A DNA stretch of 64,000 nt from positions 241,366,001-241,430,000 of the forward strand of contig OZ024742.1 in assembly GCA_964016885.1 (NCBI GenBank), given 5' to 3'. Shown here piece by piece: positions 27,455 through 38,910 of this stretch. A model generated the notes under the pieces. That model did not search any database, was not told where the DNA came from, and saw only the letters and a list, made by a program, of their open reading frames with translations. Made by a program: the position numbers and the translations under genes. The DNA is from Eledone cirrhosa (Eukaryota). Each line of letters begins with the position of its first letter. Position 1 is the stretch's first letter.

Positions 27455-28060
27455 ATGGTGGCTGCCAACTCGTTTTCGAGTATGGCCACTACTTTATATC
27501 CATGTAGGAGAACTCCTACCGATGCGCTGAACGAATGTGACTTTAGTCCAGCCAGCGACTTGAAAACTCTGGTACAAACACTACACTTGTGACAATTATT
27601 GACACATAGTGCTAGGCCCATGGTACCATGTGACGACAAGTGCAGAGAGATCTCCAGATATAAAGCAATGCCTGTGCCGTGAAGCTTTTATAGTGAGCAC
27701 AGGCACTGCACAAAGCCAGTCCCACTTTCTTAACCAAGATGATATTTACCAAAAAGAAGAACAAGTCAACATCATTGGATACCATCAGAGTTGTAGGTGT
27801 TATATCAGAGTTTTCCTTCTCCTAGAATTCTGCCTTGACAAAGGCTAAGGGGTCATCTCTCCCGGTAATTTTGGATGGCCATTGACTCTTAAGAGCTCCT
27901 TTGCCAGGTTTTGTTTTTAGTCCTGCAGGATGTCCAAAGTCACCCTCCTCACCAAGAAACCTTAGTGGGGTTGCCAGTTTAGTCGCCAACGACCCGACCA
28001 TGGGACAGGTTGTACTGGGATACATGTTATCAGTAGCACCAAGTGGTGACCTGACAGTAC
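27455..28060 (-). mobile_element. Non-autonomous RTE-derived element (5' UTR + 3' end)
   Basis: 5' UTR-like part 27790-28060, Zn-finger remnant HKCSVCTRVFKSLAGLKSH, shared 3' tail; flanked by (TACA)n. Confidence 0.65.
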
Positions 28061-28122
28061 ATACATATAGACATACGTACATACATACAAACATAGATAC
28101 ATATTAACATGCATACATACAT

Positions 28123-28175
<53 letters not shown>

Positions 28176-28382
28176 TATATATGTACATACATGCATTTAC
28201 ACATACATATATAGAGAGAGATATAGATATCCACCCATATATATGCATGCATGTACACATGTTATGTACGTATGTACGCATGTATGTATACATGTATGTA
28301 TGTATCTATGTATGCATGTATGTATGAATGTATGTATGCATGTATGCATGTATGTATGCATGTATGTATATATGTATCTCTT

Positions 28383-28429
<47 letters not shown>

Positions 28430-28438
<9 letters not shown>

Positions 28439-28453
28439 TCTGTACATATACAT

Positions 28454-28547
<94 letters not shown>

Positions 28548-28674
28548 ATGTGTGTGTGTGTGAGAGAGAGAGTGTATGTGTTTGTGCAAGGGTGTTTATG
28601 TGTGTGCTTTATGTATATAGTCAGGGGCCAATCTCTCTCTCCCTCTCTGTATATATACATATACATACACACAT

Positions 28675-28706
<32 letters not shown>

Positions 28707-28839
28707 GTGTGTATATGTGTGTGTGTGAGAGAGAGTGAGTATGTGTTTGTGTAAGGGTGTTTATATGTGTGCTTTAGGTATATAGTCAGGGGCCAATCTC
28801 TCTCTCCCTCTCTGTATATATACATATACATACACACAT

Positions 28840-28891
<52 letters not shown>

Positions 28892-29008
28892 GTGTGTGTG
28901 TGTGAGAGAGAGAGAGTATGTGTTTGTGTAAGGGTGTTTATGTGTGTGCTTTATGTATATAGTCAGGGGCCAATCTCTCTCTCCCTCTCTGTATATATAC
29001 ATATACAT

Positions 29009-29042
<34 letters not shown>

Positions 29043-29140
29043 GTATGTATGTATATGTGTGTGTGTGAGAGAGAGAGAGAGTATGTGTTTGTGCAAGGGT
29101 GTTTATGTGTGTGCTTTATGTATATAGTCAGGGGCCAATT
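28430..29140. repeat. ~165-180-bp minisatellite built from microsatellites, 4 copies
   Basis: Anchor TATAGTCAGGGGCCAAT at ~28616, 28781, 28957 and 29123. Confidence 0.9.
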
Positions 29141-29375
29141 TCTTTAGGACTACGTATATTCAAATATAATCATTTTTTTGTTTTTGTTTTTACTATGTTA
29201 AATTTTGAACAATATCGTTTCTTAGTTGATTATTCTTTTGAAGTTTCAAGACTTTTGAAGCCTCATTTTTAGACTGAGGATAATAGTTATCAGAGCGTGT
29301 TGTTCGACTATTTTACTGTAAGTAGTCAACAATTATGTCTTGAAACATTCATAGCTTAACAGATTTATGAACATT

Positions 29376-29555
29376 AGGATTGGCAGTATCGGTAGAGCGT
29401 CAGACGTCATGCTTTGAGTTATGGCCCTTTACGTTCTGAGTTCAAATCCCGGCGAGGTTAACTTTGTCTTTCATCCTTACGGGGCCGATAAAATAAAGAA
29501 CCAGTAATGCACTGAGGTTAATAGCTGGCCTTGTGCCAAAAGTAGAAACAATTAT
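29376..29555 (+). mobile_element. SINE-A copy
   Basis: A/B boxes and body. Confidence 0.85.
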
Positions 29556-29786
29556 TATATCAAAGTAATCAAAAATATGTAATGAAGAAATATGAAAAAT
29601 TAAAAACAAAAAACAAAAAAATTCAATATATACATAGTTACGATTGGATATAACACACACACAAACATACATAAAAAATACACACACAAACATACACGCA
29701 CACACATTAACATATATTCCTGTATGCTTGTTCGTGAGAACAAGGCCCATGGATCCATATATACATACATACATATATATATATTA

Positions 29787-30540
29787 AATTAATATATGAT
29801 AAACATTTACATGTTTTTGTTGCAATTGACAATAAATAGCTAGAATGAAATATCTTAATTCAAATACATATAGTCTGCCTGTACCGATCTAAAAAATAAT
29901 AAATCAATACTCACAAACATATACGGGCAAAAGGCCTTGGTGCCATTGAGTCTAAACTCTAAGTTATATTATATTACTGCTCCCTCAGTTGAGCTGAATT
30001 TGTAATCCCATATAAATGGCTGTTATTTCTAGCACTATGAGTGTGGGAGGCTAGAGGATTGGAATAAGTCGTGTGCAAAACCTCGTGTATTTTCGCTACG
30101 TTAACCAGACCTTAGATATTTTTCCGAGGTGAAGTTACTTAATTTGTCTGGGTACCTATTGATAAACACAGAAAATTAATTAACTCACTACTAATTAATT
30201 AATTATTTCACTATTATACCATCCTTTGTGAAACACGTTTAAGTTTTGAAGTTCGGACTGATCTGCGGAAAAAGTTTGTATTTTGAAATTTAAACGTGTC
30301 TAGGTACCAAAGCCTTTTGCCCGTATATGTTTGTGAGTATTGATTTATTATTTTTTAGATCGGTACAGGCAGGCTATATGTATTTGAATTAAGATATTTC
30401 ATTCTAGCTATTTATTGTCAATTGCAACAAAAACATGTAAATGTTTATCATATATTAATTTATACTGCTCAGAAGCGATTCTTAGAGGTAAAATAATTGT
30501 AAATGACCCCATTGAGTGTAAGCTCTAAGTTATATTACAT
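29787..30540. mobile_element. Element with 5' inverted arm and ~565-bp-spaced terminal direct repeat, in (TA)n
   Basis: 29787-29943 is the reverse complement of 30303-30461; CCATTGAGT.TAA.CTCTAAGTTATATT occurs at 29943 and 30508. Confidence 0.7.
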
Positions 30541-30904
30541 ATATATATATATTTATTAAAATAACAGATTAAAGTTTAAGCAAAGAATCGCTGCTTTCAC
30601 CCTTAACGGGATCTTCTGAAACTAACAAAGTCAATCTGTAAACGCAGAAGTGGATATTTCAAAAAGCGTTGCAACCGGAGGAAGACAGGAAGACGATACT
30701 TTGGTTCGTGGAAACGTTCCCTGGCATAGAACGGGAAAAAACGAATATAATACGTCATTAATAGGAGCGGTGAAAAACAATTATGCGCAAAGACAGAACC
30801 ACGTTTATGCTCAACGGTTCTTATATATTTGATATATATTTATCCTTATCGAGCCCTCTTTGGATTTTAGTCTTCAAATTTATTATTATTACTATATATA
30901 TATA

Positions 30905-31127
30905 TATAGGAAAATATTCAAGACCCCGACGGCAGATCTCGAGCCGTTCGACGGCTATTTCTGGACTAAATTGAATTTAATCCAGAATTTAGTCCAGAAA
31001 TAGCCGTCGAAACGGATCGAGATCTGCCGTCGGGATCTTGAACATTTTCCTATTACCCACTCTACTACCCTAAGTATTGAGTACTCTGGTGCATTATGAT
31101 CCACCTGGTTCCTTACCACACTTCCTT

Positions 31128-31130
<3 letters not shown>
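30905..31130 (+). repeat. Family X copy with 5' inversion
   Basis: 30905-30972 is inverted relative to 30987-31053; flanked by (TA)n. Confidence 0.75.
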
Positions 31131-31191
<61 letters not shown>

Positions 31192-31197
<6 letters not shown>

Positions 31198-31743
31198 ATA
31201 CTTGGAGAGGGTCATATTGTAGTAATATTGCCAGAATTAATAACAGAACACATTCACTGTTTGGTTGGTTTTCGCTTCTGTATCTTTTATATCAGTTAAT
31301 TCATTCGGTCCTCAATGTTTACCATTGACTGACCAACGGTAAAAAATGACGATATAATATAGATATAAACACATATATATAGTCTAACAAAGTTCTTTCG
31401 TTGCATATTTGCAACATCGTCAGTGGTGCTATTACGTTCCTCCTGATGTATTGTGTTGACAAGATGTCGTTAATATACAATAAAACAGGAGGAACACAAT
31501 AGCACCACTGTCGATGTTGCAGATGTGCACCGAAAGAACTCTATTAGACTATATATATGTGTTTATATCTATATTATATCTGTATTTTTGACCGTTCGTC
31601 AGTCAATGGTAAACCTTGAGGACCGAATGAATTAACTGATATAAAAGATACAGAAACGAAAGCCAACCAGACAGTGAGTGTGTTCTGTTATTAATTCTGG
31701 CAATATTACTACAACAATATGATCCTCCCCAAGTATAACAATA
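31192..31743. repeat. Inverted dimer of family Y
   Basis: Arms 31192-31445 and 31486-31743 are diverged reverse complements. Confidence 0.85.
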
Positions 31744-31802
31744 TTTGTTTCGACTCACGATTTCATATCAAAAACCTCGCAAAACAAATATATATATATA
31801 TA

Positions 31803-32163
31803 TACGATATATTAACAAATGGAAACTATATTTATAAAACCATATTTATTTCATTATACATATTTCAGGGACACCAAGTCAAATTATGGTGCGCTTTCAT
31901 CAGATAAAATATAATATAGATCAGTTTTATAAATAAATATTGACATACCCTTAAAGAATGTGACCATTTTTGTTGGAAGCTCCCGGATTCCAACAGAAAT
32001 GGTCGCATTCTTTAAGGGTATGTCAATATTTATTTATAAAACTGCTCTATATTATATTTTATCTGATGAAAGCGCACCATAATTTGACTTGGTGTCCTTG
32101 AAATATGTATAATGAAATAAATATGGTTTCATAAATATAGTTTCCATTTGTTAATATATCGTA
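31803..32163. repeat. ~175-bp-arm fold-back
   Basis: 31803-31978 vs 31988-32163. Confidence 0.85.
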
Positions 32164-32379
32164 TTTTTACTCCAATAATTTGTTGAATGCTTTATATCAG
32201 TTATGAAAATATTTGCTTGTTGTATCCCAACAATTTAAATATAACTTCTACATATATATATAAATATATATTTATTTAGGTTAATTTGTTCACCACTGGA
32301 TAGAACTGGTCATTCCGTATGGTCAATCCCGATGTAATATTATGGAGAGTACTCAACGTAATGCAACTCACCCGTCTTC

Positions 32380-32685
32380 TTTTGTGTAGTTGGTGGTGCG
32401 AGTACGGAGTTAATTATTATAAAATAATAGGAGGCTGGACTGGTGTAAATCCTTGGAAGGTTTATTATGCTATAATCATTTCAATGACCGGGTTCAGTAT
32501 GAATCCGGTGATTTCATCAGGTATTCGAAATATAACAAAGGAATATAACAGATAAAATCCATGGGGCTGAAAATCAATGGAGCTGAAAATCAGAGACAAG
32601 AGGACGACCGACTATTTAGCAGCTTCTACCTCAGTCGGTCGCCCAAACCTTCCACGGATTTACACCAGTCCAGCCTCCTGTTATT

Positions 32686-32690
<5 letters not shown>
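32380..32690 (-). repeat. pLTR-like element with degenerate hammerhead (32468-32524) and inverted arm
   Basis: Minus: CTGATGA-aatcaccgg..ccggtcatt-GAAA-tgat-TA, but stem I does not pair. 32418-32463 is inverted at 32645-32690. Relative at ~44565-44650. Confidence 0.55.
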
Positions 32691-32751
<61 letters not shown>

Positions 32752-32986
32752 TTAGAAACACACAGATACATGCGGACACACACATATATATACATGAATG
32801 CATCCGCACCCAACTGTGAGTTAAGGGTGCCAACTTCACCGATGTTGCTCAATGAATGACCGGGACAGACCAATTCAGTTGAACTAGACTGAACCAGTAT
32901 CAGAGTTAAAAATACATTATGAAGAGAGAAGAAACATTTAGATATAATTAGTAATAAAATGTATCATACCTAAATTGCTCCTAAAT

Positions 32987-33076
32987 TCCTCGACTACGTA
33001 GTTTCGTGGCATAAACAAAAACAATATATCATAAAGACATAGAGTCCCTGCGAGGTCTGCCGACTTATCAAGAGGA
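32987..33076 (-). ncRNA. U3-A8 variant hammerhead, long stem II
   Basis: Reverse complement of 33540-33629. Confidence 0.75.
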
Positions 33077-33539
33077 TACCTCATTTTACTAGTCTCAAGA
33101 ACGCGTCTACACGACGTGAGAAAGAATCCCAAAAGGCGGAGGGGGAGATAGTCACGCGATATAACGGTCGAGAAACAGAGCTAAGCCTCCTATAACCACG
33201 AAGAAAATACCACGGATGCATTCATGTATATATATGTGTGTGTCCGCATGTATCTGTGTGTTTCTAAATATATTGTTAATAACTCCCTCTGGTCGAGCAA
33301 TCTTTGAAGTGTGGGGACAACTGGAAAGCTTCCATTACTCATACTTCTAGCCTTCTTCACCACCTCTTCTGCGGCCTCGATATGAATACCCCCTCCGCCT
33401 CCGTGGTATTTTCTTCGTGGTTATAGGAGGCTTAGCTCTGTTTCTCGACCGTTATATCGCGTGACTATCTCCCCCTCCGCCTTTTGGGATTCTTTCTCAC
33501 GTCGTGTAGACGCGTTCTTGAGACTAGTAAAATGAGGCA

Positions 33540-33629
33540 TCCTCTTGATAAGTCGGCAGACCTCGCAGGGACTCTATGTCTTTATGATATATTGTTTTTG
33601 TTTATGCCACGAAACTACGTAGTCGAGGA
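33540..33629 (+). ncRNA. U3-A8 variant type I hammerhead, long stem II
   Basis: tcctc-TTGATAA-gtcggca...tgccac-GAAA-ctacgtag-TC-gagga. Confidence 0.78.
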
Positions 33630-34136
33630 ATTTAGGAGCAATTTAGGTATGATACATTTTATTACTAATTATATCTAAATGTTTCTTCTCTCTTCATAAT
33701 GTATTTTTAACTCTGATACTGGTTCAGTCTAGTTCAACTGAATTGGTCTGTCCCGGTCATTCATTGAGCAACATCGGTGAAGTTGGCACCCTTAACTCAC
33801 AGTTGGGTGCGGATGCATTCATGTATATATATGTGTGTGTCCGCATGTATCTGTGTGTTTCTAAATATATTGTTAATAACTCCCTCTGGTCGAGCAATCT
33901 TTGAAGTGTGGGGACAACTGGAAAGCTTCCATTACTCATACTTCTAGCCTTCTTCACCACCTCTTCTGCGGCCTCGATATGAATACCCCCTCCGCCTCCG
34001 TGGTATTTTCTTCGTGGTTATAGGAGGCTTAGCTCTGTTTCTCGACCGTTATATCGCGTGACTATCTCCCCCTCCGCCTTTTGGGATTCTTTCTCACGTC
34101 GTGTAGACGCGTTCTTGAGACTAGTAAAATGAGGTA

Positions 34137-34226
34137 TCCTCTTGATAAGTCGGCAGACCTCGCAGGGACTCTATGTCTTTATGATATATTGTTTTTGTTT
34201 ATGCCACGAAACTACGTAGTCGAGGA
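34137..34226 (+). ncRNA. U3-A8 variant hammerhead, long stem II
   Basis: Same as 33540-33629, offset 597. Confidence 0.78.
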
Positions 34227-34292
34227 ATTTAGGAGCAATTTAGGTATGATACATTTTATTACTAATTATATCTAAATGTTTCTTCTCTCTTC

Positions 34293-34338
<46 letters not shown>

Positions 34339-34340
<2 letters not shown>

Positions 34341-34545
34341 TGTAAAAGGTAAACAGAAATAACAACACAATCGGTACAGTTTATGGAAGGAATATATTAG
34401 GTTAATGCTTGAAATAGCAGGAAGTGGGTCTTCACGTTTCGGACGCTTGTCCTTCATCAGAAGAATAAGGTAGATTGAAGGCGGGGTGGAATTGGAAGAA
34501 ATCTCTTTAGATAAAAATAACAGGTCCATTCATGTTGACATCTCT

Positions 34546-34546
<1 letters not shown>
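34339..34546 (-). mobile_element. Second copy of the ~215-bp hammerhead element (ribozyme 34429-34464)
   Basis: tctt-CTGATGA-aggacaagcgtcc-GAAA-cg-TG-aaga; G at the cleavage position, probably inactive. Confidence 0.75.
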
Positions 34547-34593
<47 letters not shown>

Positions 34594-34748
34594 TTGGAGC
34601 TCTGAAATAGCAATATATATATGGATGTATATATAATGTATTTTGCAATACACTTTATGCTTAATTAAAAGCATTTTGAAGACCGTAAGCTATTGTTTTA
34701 AAGTAGTGACAAATTCACTCACTTTGATCTCAGCAAACAGGGGAGATA

Positions 34749-34792
34749 AGCCGACATGACATGTTTCGCTTTTGTTGAAGCTTATCAAGGCC
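34749..34792 (-). ncRNA. U3-A8 variant hammerhead (316-bp family)
   Basis: Reverse complement of 35372-35415. Confidence 0.8.
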
Positions 34793-35055
34793 AACTACCC
34801 CGCCTGTCTACTGAGATCAATGATGTTATATTCTTATAGAAATCTAGTAAATAATCAGGAGCTGATTATGCAGAGCGGTTGTTGGTCAGGCAGAAATTAA
34901 AAATTAGAATTGGAGCTCTGAAATAGCAATATATATATGGATGTATATATAATGTATTTTGCAATACACTTTATGCTTAATAAAAGCATTTTGAAGGCCG
35001 TAAGATTTCTATAAGAATATAACATCATTGATCTCAGTAGACAGGCGGGGTAGTT

Positions 35056-35099
35056 GGCCTTGATAAGCTTCAACAAAAGCGAAAAATGTCATGTCGGCT
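35056..35099 (+). ncRNA. U3-A8 variant hammerhead (316-bp family, one stem III substitution)
   Basis: ggcc-TTGATAA-gctt-caacaa-aagc-GAAA-aatgtcatg-TC-ggct. Confidence 0.72.
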
Positions 35100-35371
35100 T
35101 ATCTCCCCTGTTTGCTGAGATCAAAGTGAGTGAATTTGTCACTACTTTAAAACAATAGCTTACGGTCTTCAAAATGCTTTTAATTAAGCATAAAGTGTAT
35201 TGCAAAATACATTATATATACATCCATATATATATTGCTATTTCAGAGCTCCAATTCTAATTTTTAATTTCTGCCTGACCAACAACCGCTCTGCATAATC
35301 AGCTCCTGATTATTTACTAGATTTCTATAAGAATATAACATCATTGATCTCAGTAGACAGGCGGGGTAGTT

Positions 35372-35415
35372 GGCCTTGATAAGCTTCAACAAAAGCGAAA
35401 CATGTCATGTCGGCT
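35372..35415 (+). ncRNA. U3-A8 variant type I hammerhead (316-bp family)
   Basis: ggcc-TTGATAA-gctt-caacaa-aagc-GAAA-catgtcatg-TC-ggct. Confidence 0.82.
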
Positions 35416-35540
35416 TATCTCCCCTGTTTGCTGAGATCAAAGTGAGTGAATTTGTCACTACTTTAAAACAATAGCTTACGGTCTTCAAAATGCTTTTAAT
35501 TAAGCATAAAGTGTATTGCAAAATACATTATATATACATC

Positions 35541-35572
<32 letters not shown>

Positions 35573-35664
35573 AGCATTTAAGCAAATAATTTAATGACAG
35601 CCTCGCCATCAATGGCCAAAATTATTTTTCATTATTTTTCTTTGTGAACCAATTACATAATTTG

Positions 35665-36215
35665 TCAACAGCAGTCGAGAATGCCAGACTGCGCTGTTTC
35701 AAGATTCATTAATCATTCATTAGTGACATTCATTCAACCGATACAGAAATGGAAATAGACTGGAGTCTTTATAGATTTTGTATGATGAACATTTGCTGAA
35801 GATGCTGATTTGCATATAGTAAATAGAAAAGCTAGCTGGATGTGTCCATTTGTATATTGTGCAAAATTGGCTGGTTATAAATAATTGACAGTAGCACTAA
35901 GAGAACGATTAAGGATAATATGGGTGCATATACTACATGTTTATATATATACGTAGCCTCACTATTAACGATAAATAATTTTTTGTAACGAAAAAAAAAT
36001 GTTTTCTCTTTTTACTTTGTGAACGTGTCACATAATTTATTAGTAACGACCGAGAATACCAGACAGTGCTGTTTCAAGATTCGTTAATGTTTCATCAGTG
36101 AGTCTTTATAAATTGATGAACATTTGCTGGTGACGCTAATTTGCATATAGGAAATCGGCTGGAAATGTTCATTTGTCAGTACCGGTTGCTGTCTGGCATT
36201 TTCGACCGCCACTGA
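35665..36215. repeat. Two diverged copies of a small MITE-like repeat
   Basis: CGAGAAT(G/A)CCAGAC..GCTGTTTCAAGATTC at ~35677 and ~36051; inverted end GTCTGGCATTTTCGAC at 36191. Confidence 0.5.
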
Positions 36216-36499
36216 AAAAAATATAGTATATGCTTTCATATACACCCTTAGTAAGCTAGGTTAAAATAGAAATCCGAGCGTTGCTTTCACAAAGTTGACA
36301 TTAAGACAAGTTCGCCTCTCATTGCACTGACTAAATATTCATTCAAAATACTTGCTTCAACTCTGATTGTAGGAATTCACTCATCGTCTGCTTTTATGAG
36401 TATGGATCCTCTCAATAGAATTTCCGGTCTTGAAATTGCAGAGTTCACAGTTGATTGAACATGTTTTCGCTCTCTCTCTCTATCTAACTCTCTCCCTCC

Positions 36500-36565
<66 letters not shown>

Positions 36566-36583
36566 CATATATATTCCTATTCA

Positions 36584-36768
36584 TGGATTGGCAGAATCGG
36601 TAGAGGATCGGACGCCATGCTTTGACGCATAGAGTTACGGCCCTTGCCATTCTCAGTTCAAATCCCGCCGAGGTTAACTTTGCCTTTCATCCTTACGGGG
36701 TCGATAAAATAAAGTACAAGTAATGTACTGGTTAATTGTTGGCCTTGTGCCGAAAGTAGAAACAATTA
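36584..36768 (+). mobile_element. SINE-A copy
   Basis: A/B boxes and body. Confidence 0.85.
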
Positions 36769-36816
36769 TATGCATATATACATTTGCATAAATACACATA
36801 CTCGTATATATAGATT

Positions 36817-36910
<94 letters not shown>

Positions 36911-36944
36911 ATCTATACACACATATAGATACATATATATAGAT

Positions 36945-36975
<31 letters not shown>

Positions 36976-37637
36976 AATACACATATATTTATATACATCT
37001 ATACATATGCGTGACTGTGTAAGTATGGTAAGTATGTGTGTGTGAGAAACATGTCAGATCCTTAACACACACACACATATATATATATATATACATATAT
37101 ATACTTTCATTTTTACCTATGCATATACATGCATGCTTACACACACATAAATATAAGTATTTTTATAGTAACATTAATCTACAATTTTCTTTCAATTTCG
37201 GCGAATTTTTTTCTTGTTTTTCTCTCTTCTTTTTTCGTTACTCTTTTATTCACCTAATTCTTCTTTCTCTCATTCCTTCTATTTCATTCCATTCTTCTTC
37301 GTCTTATTTTTATAGTATATTTATTCCTATTCTATTTTCCCCTTTCTTTGTAGTTTTCTTTGTTTTGTCTTAGTTTCTTTGCAAATAGATTTTTTTTGTT
37401 AAGTTTTTACTGTATTTCACCTATTCGGCATTTTTATATATCGTTTCTTTATCGAGTTTTTCGGGGTTTTTTTTATATCAATTTTCTTTATTCTTTCTAT
37501 TATATATATTTCCTTCTATTTTATACAGCTCGTACTTTTAGTTCACTGGTAGTAATCCATTATTCGGTGCGTTTTATATATATATATATGTCTTTGTGTG
37601 TGTATGCAAGTAAGTATATATATATTTATGTATGTAA

Positions 37638-37693
<56 letters not shown>

Positions 37694-37723
37694 TATGTAT
37701 ATATATACATAAATATATCTATA

Positions 37724-37794
<71 letters not shown>

Positions 37795-38548
37795 CACACG
37801 TGTGTGTGTGTGTATATGCATGTAATTGTTCCTCCTTATGCATGATCTCTGTTCATTTTTATTTTCCTCACGTCTTTTGTTTGTTTTTTGTTATATGTTT
37901 TTTTCTGCAGAGTCTTGTGTCAGTTTCGAAATTTAGAAAAATTTTTTTAAAAGAAACTTTTTGGGGTAAGTTTAAAAAAATGAGATTGAGAAGTGTCTAA
38001 AGTTACTGATATGAAGCGATCATTTATTCATTCATTCCTTCACTTATTTATTTATTTATTAATTTATTTATTTAATTATTTGTTTGTTTGTTTCAAAGAA
38101 AAGATTATTCCGATCCCCTGAGTGTGTGGTATTTCGTTGATATTAGAAATGACTGTTCTGATTATTTTTTTTTTTTTTTAAATTTAGCGTACTAGTTTCA
38201 GATTACGTTTGGGTACACTTTTCTGTCTATCCTCAGAGGGCCTCATAAAATAGGCACCAATTACGTAGTGGGATCTAACTAATCATCTATATATTCTTTC
38301 ACAAATTCTGTCCTCTTGCATAAATAAAAAACGGATATTTAATGGAAAATATTGTCACTCAAGTACTGAATTCTTGCTTATATTTTTCAGAAGTTGGTTG
38401 AGGTAGTAAAGTGTCTGGCGAAATATACTGTACTATTTAGTTAGGTCACTAACTGTTGTCTGTTCAAATCGTGCTGGAATACCAATCAAGTGTAAAATAC
38501 CTCTTCCGGGGAAATATAATGTGTTTATTTAGAATAGACTAAATTTCT

Positions 38549-38910
38549 TGGTGGTATAGTGGTTAGAGAATTGGATTCCCAATCGTAAGGTTGCGAGTTC
38601 TATTCTCGGACTGGATGATGCATTATGTCCTTGATCATGACATTAGGGTCGGACGCCATGCTTTGCAGCATAGAGTTACGCCCCTTTATTATATGAGTTC
38701 AAATCCCACCGAGGTTAACTTTGCCTTTCATCCTTACAGGGTCGATAAAATAAAGTACCAGTAATACACTGAGATAATTTCTGGCCTTGGGCCAAAAGTA
38801 GAAACAATTATTTCCCACGTTGCTCTTTCTGCCAGGAGTTGCGACCGGTAGATAGTCTTAGCAATGGAAATCTCAATGGAGACTTTGTTTCGTTAGTCCG
38901 ATTTGACGAG
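38549..38910 (+). mobile_element. Second tRNA-derived SINE (SINE-B) interrupted by a 5'-truncated SINE-A (38645-38810)
   Basis: Head GGTATAGTGGTTAGAG..GAGTTC; the flanks join up to match the uninterrupted copy at 46890-47070. Confidence 0.75.

Larger units (their letters stand above)
32746..34297 (+). mobile_element. 597-bp-unit retrozyme-like tandem (33214-34297) preceded by an inverted partial copy (32746-33215)
   Basis: GGATGCATTC at 33214 and 33811; near-identical copies; (TA)n on both sides. Confidence 0.88.
34588..35545 (+). mobile_element. 316-bp-unit retrozyme-like element: inverted ~1.3-mer (34588-35002) + forward ~1.7-mer (35003-35545)
   Basis: GAATTGGAGC at 34591 and 34907; forward ribozymes 316 bp apart; (TA)n on both sides. 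Confidence 0.88.

Noticed and set aside
31990-32002. CCAACAGAAATGG shared with the 25-bp satellite
   Set aside because: 13-bp match only; cannot support an origin claim.
33484-33678. 64-aa ORF conserved in three copies of the 597-bp unit
   Set aside because: TTG start, overlaps the ribozyme, and conservation just reflects near-identical copies.
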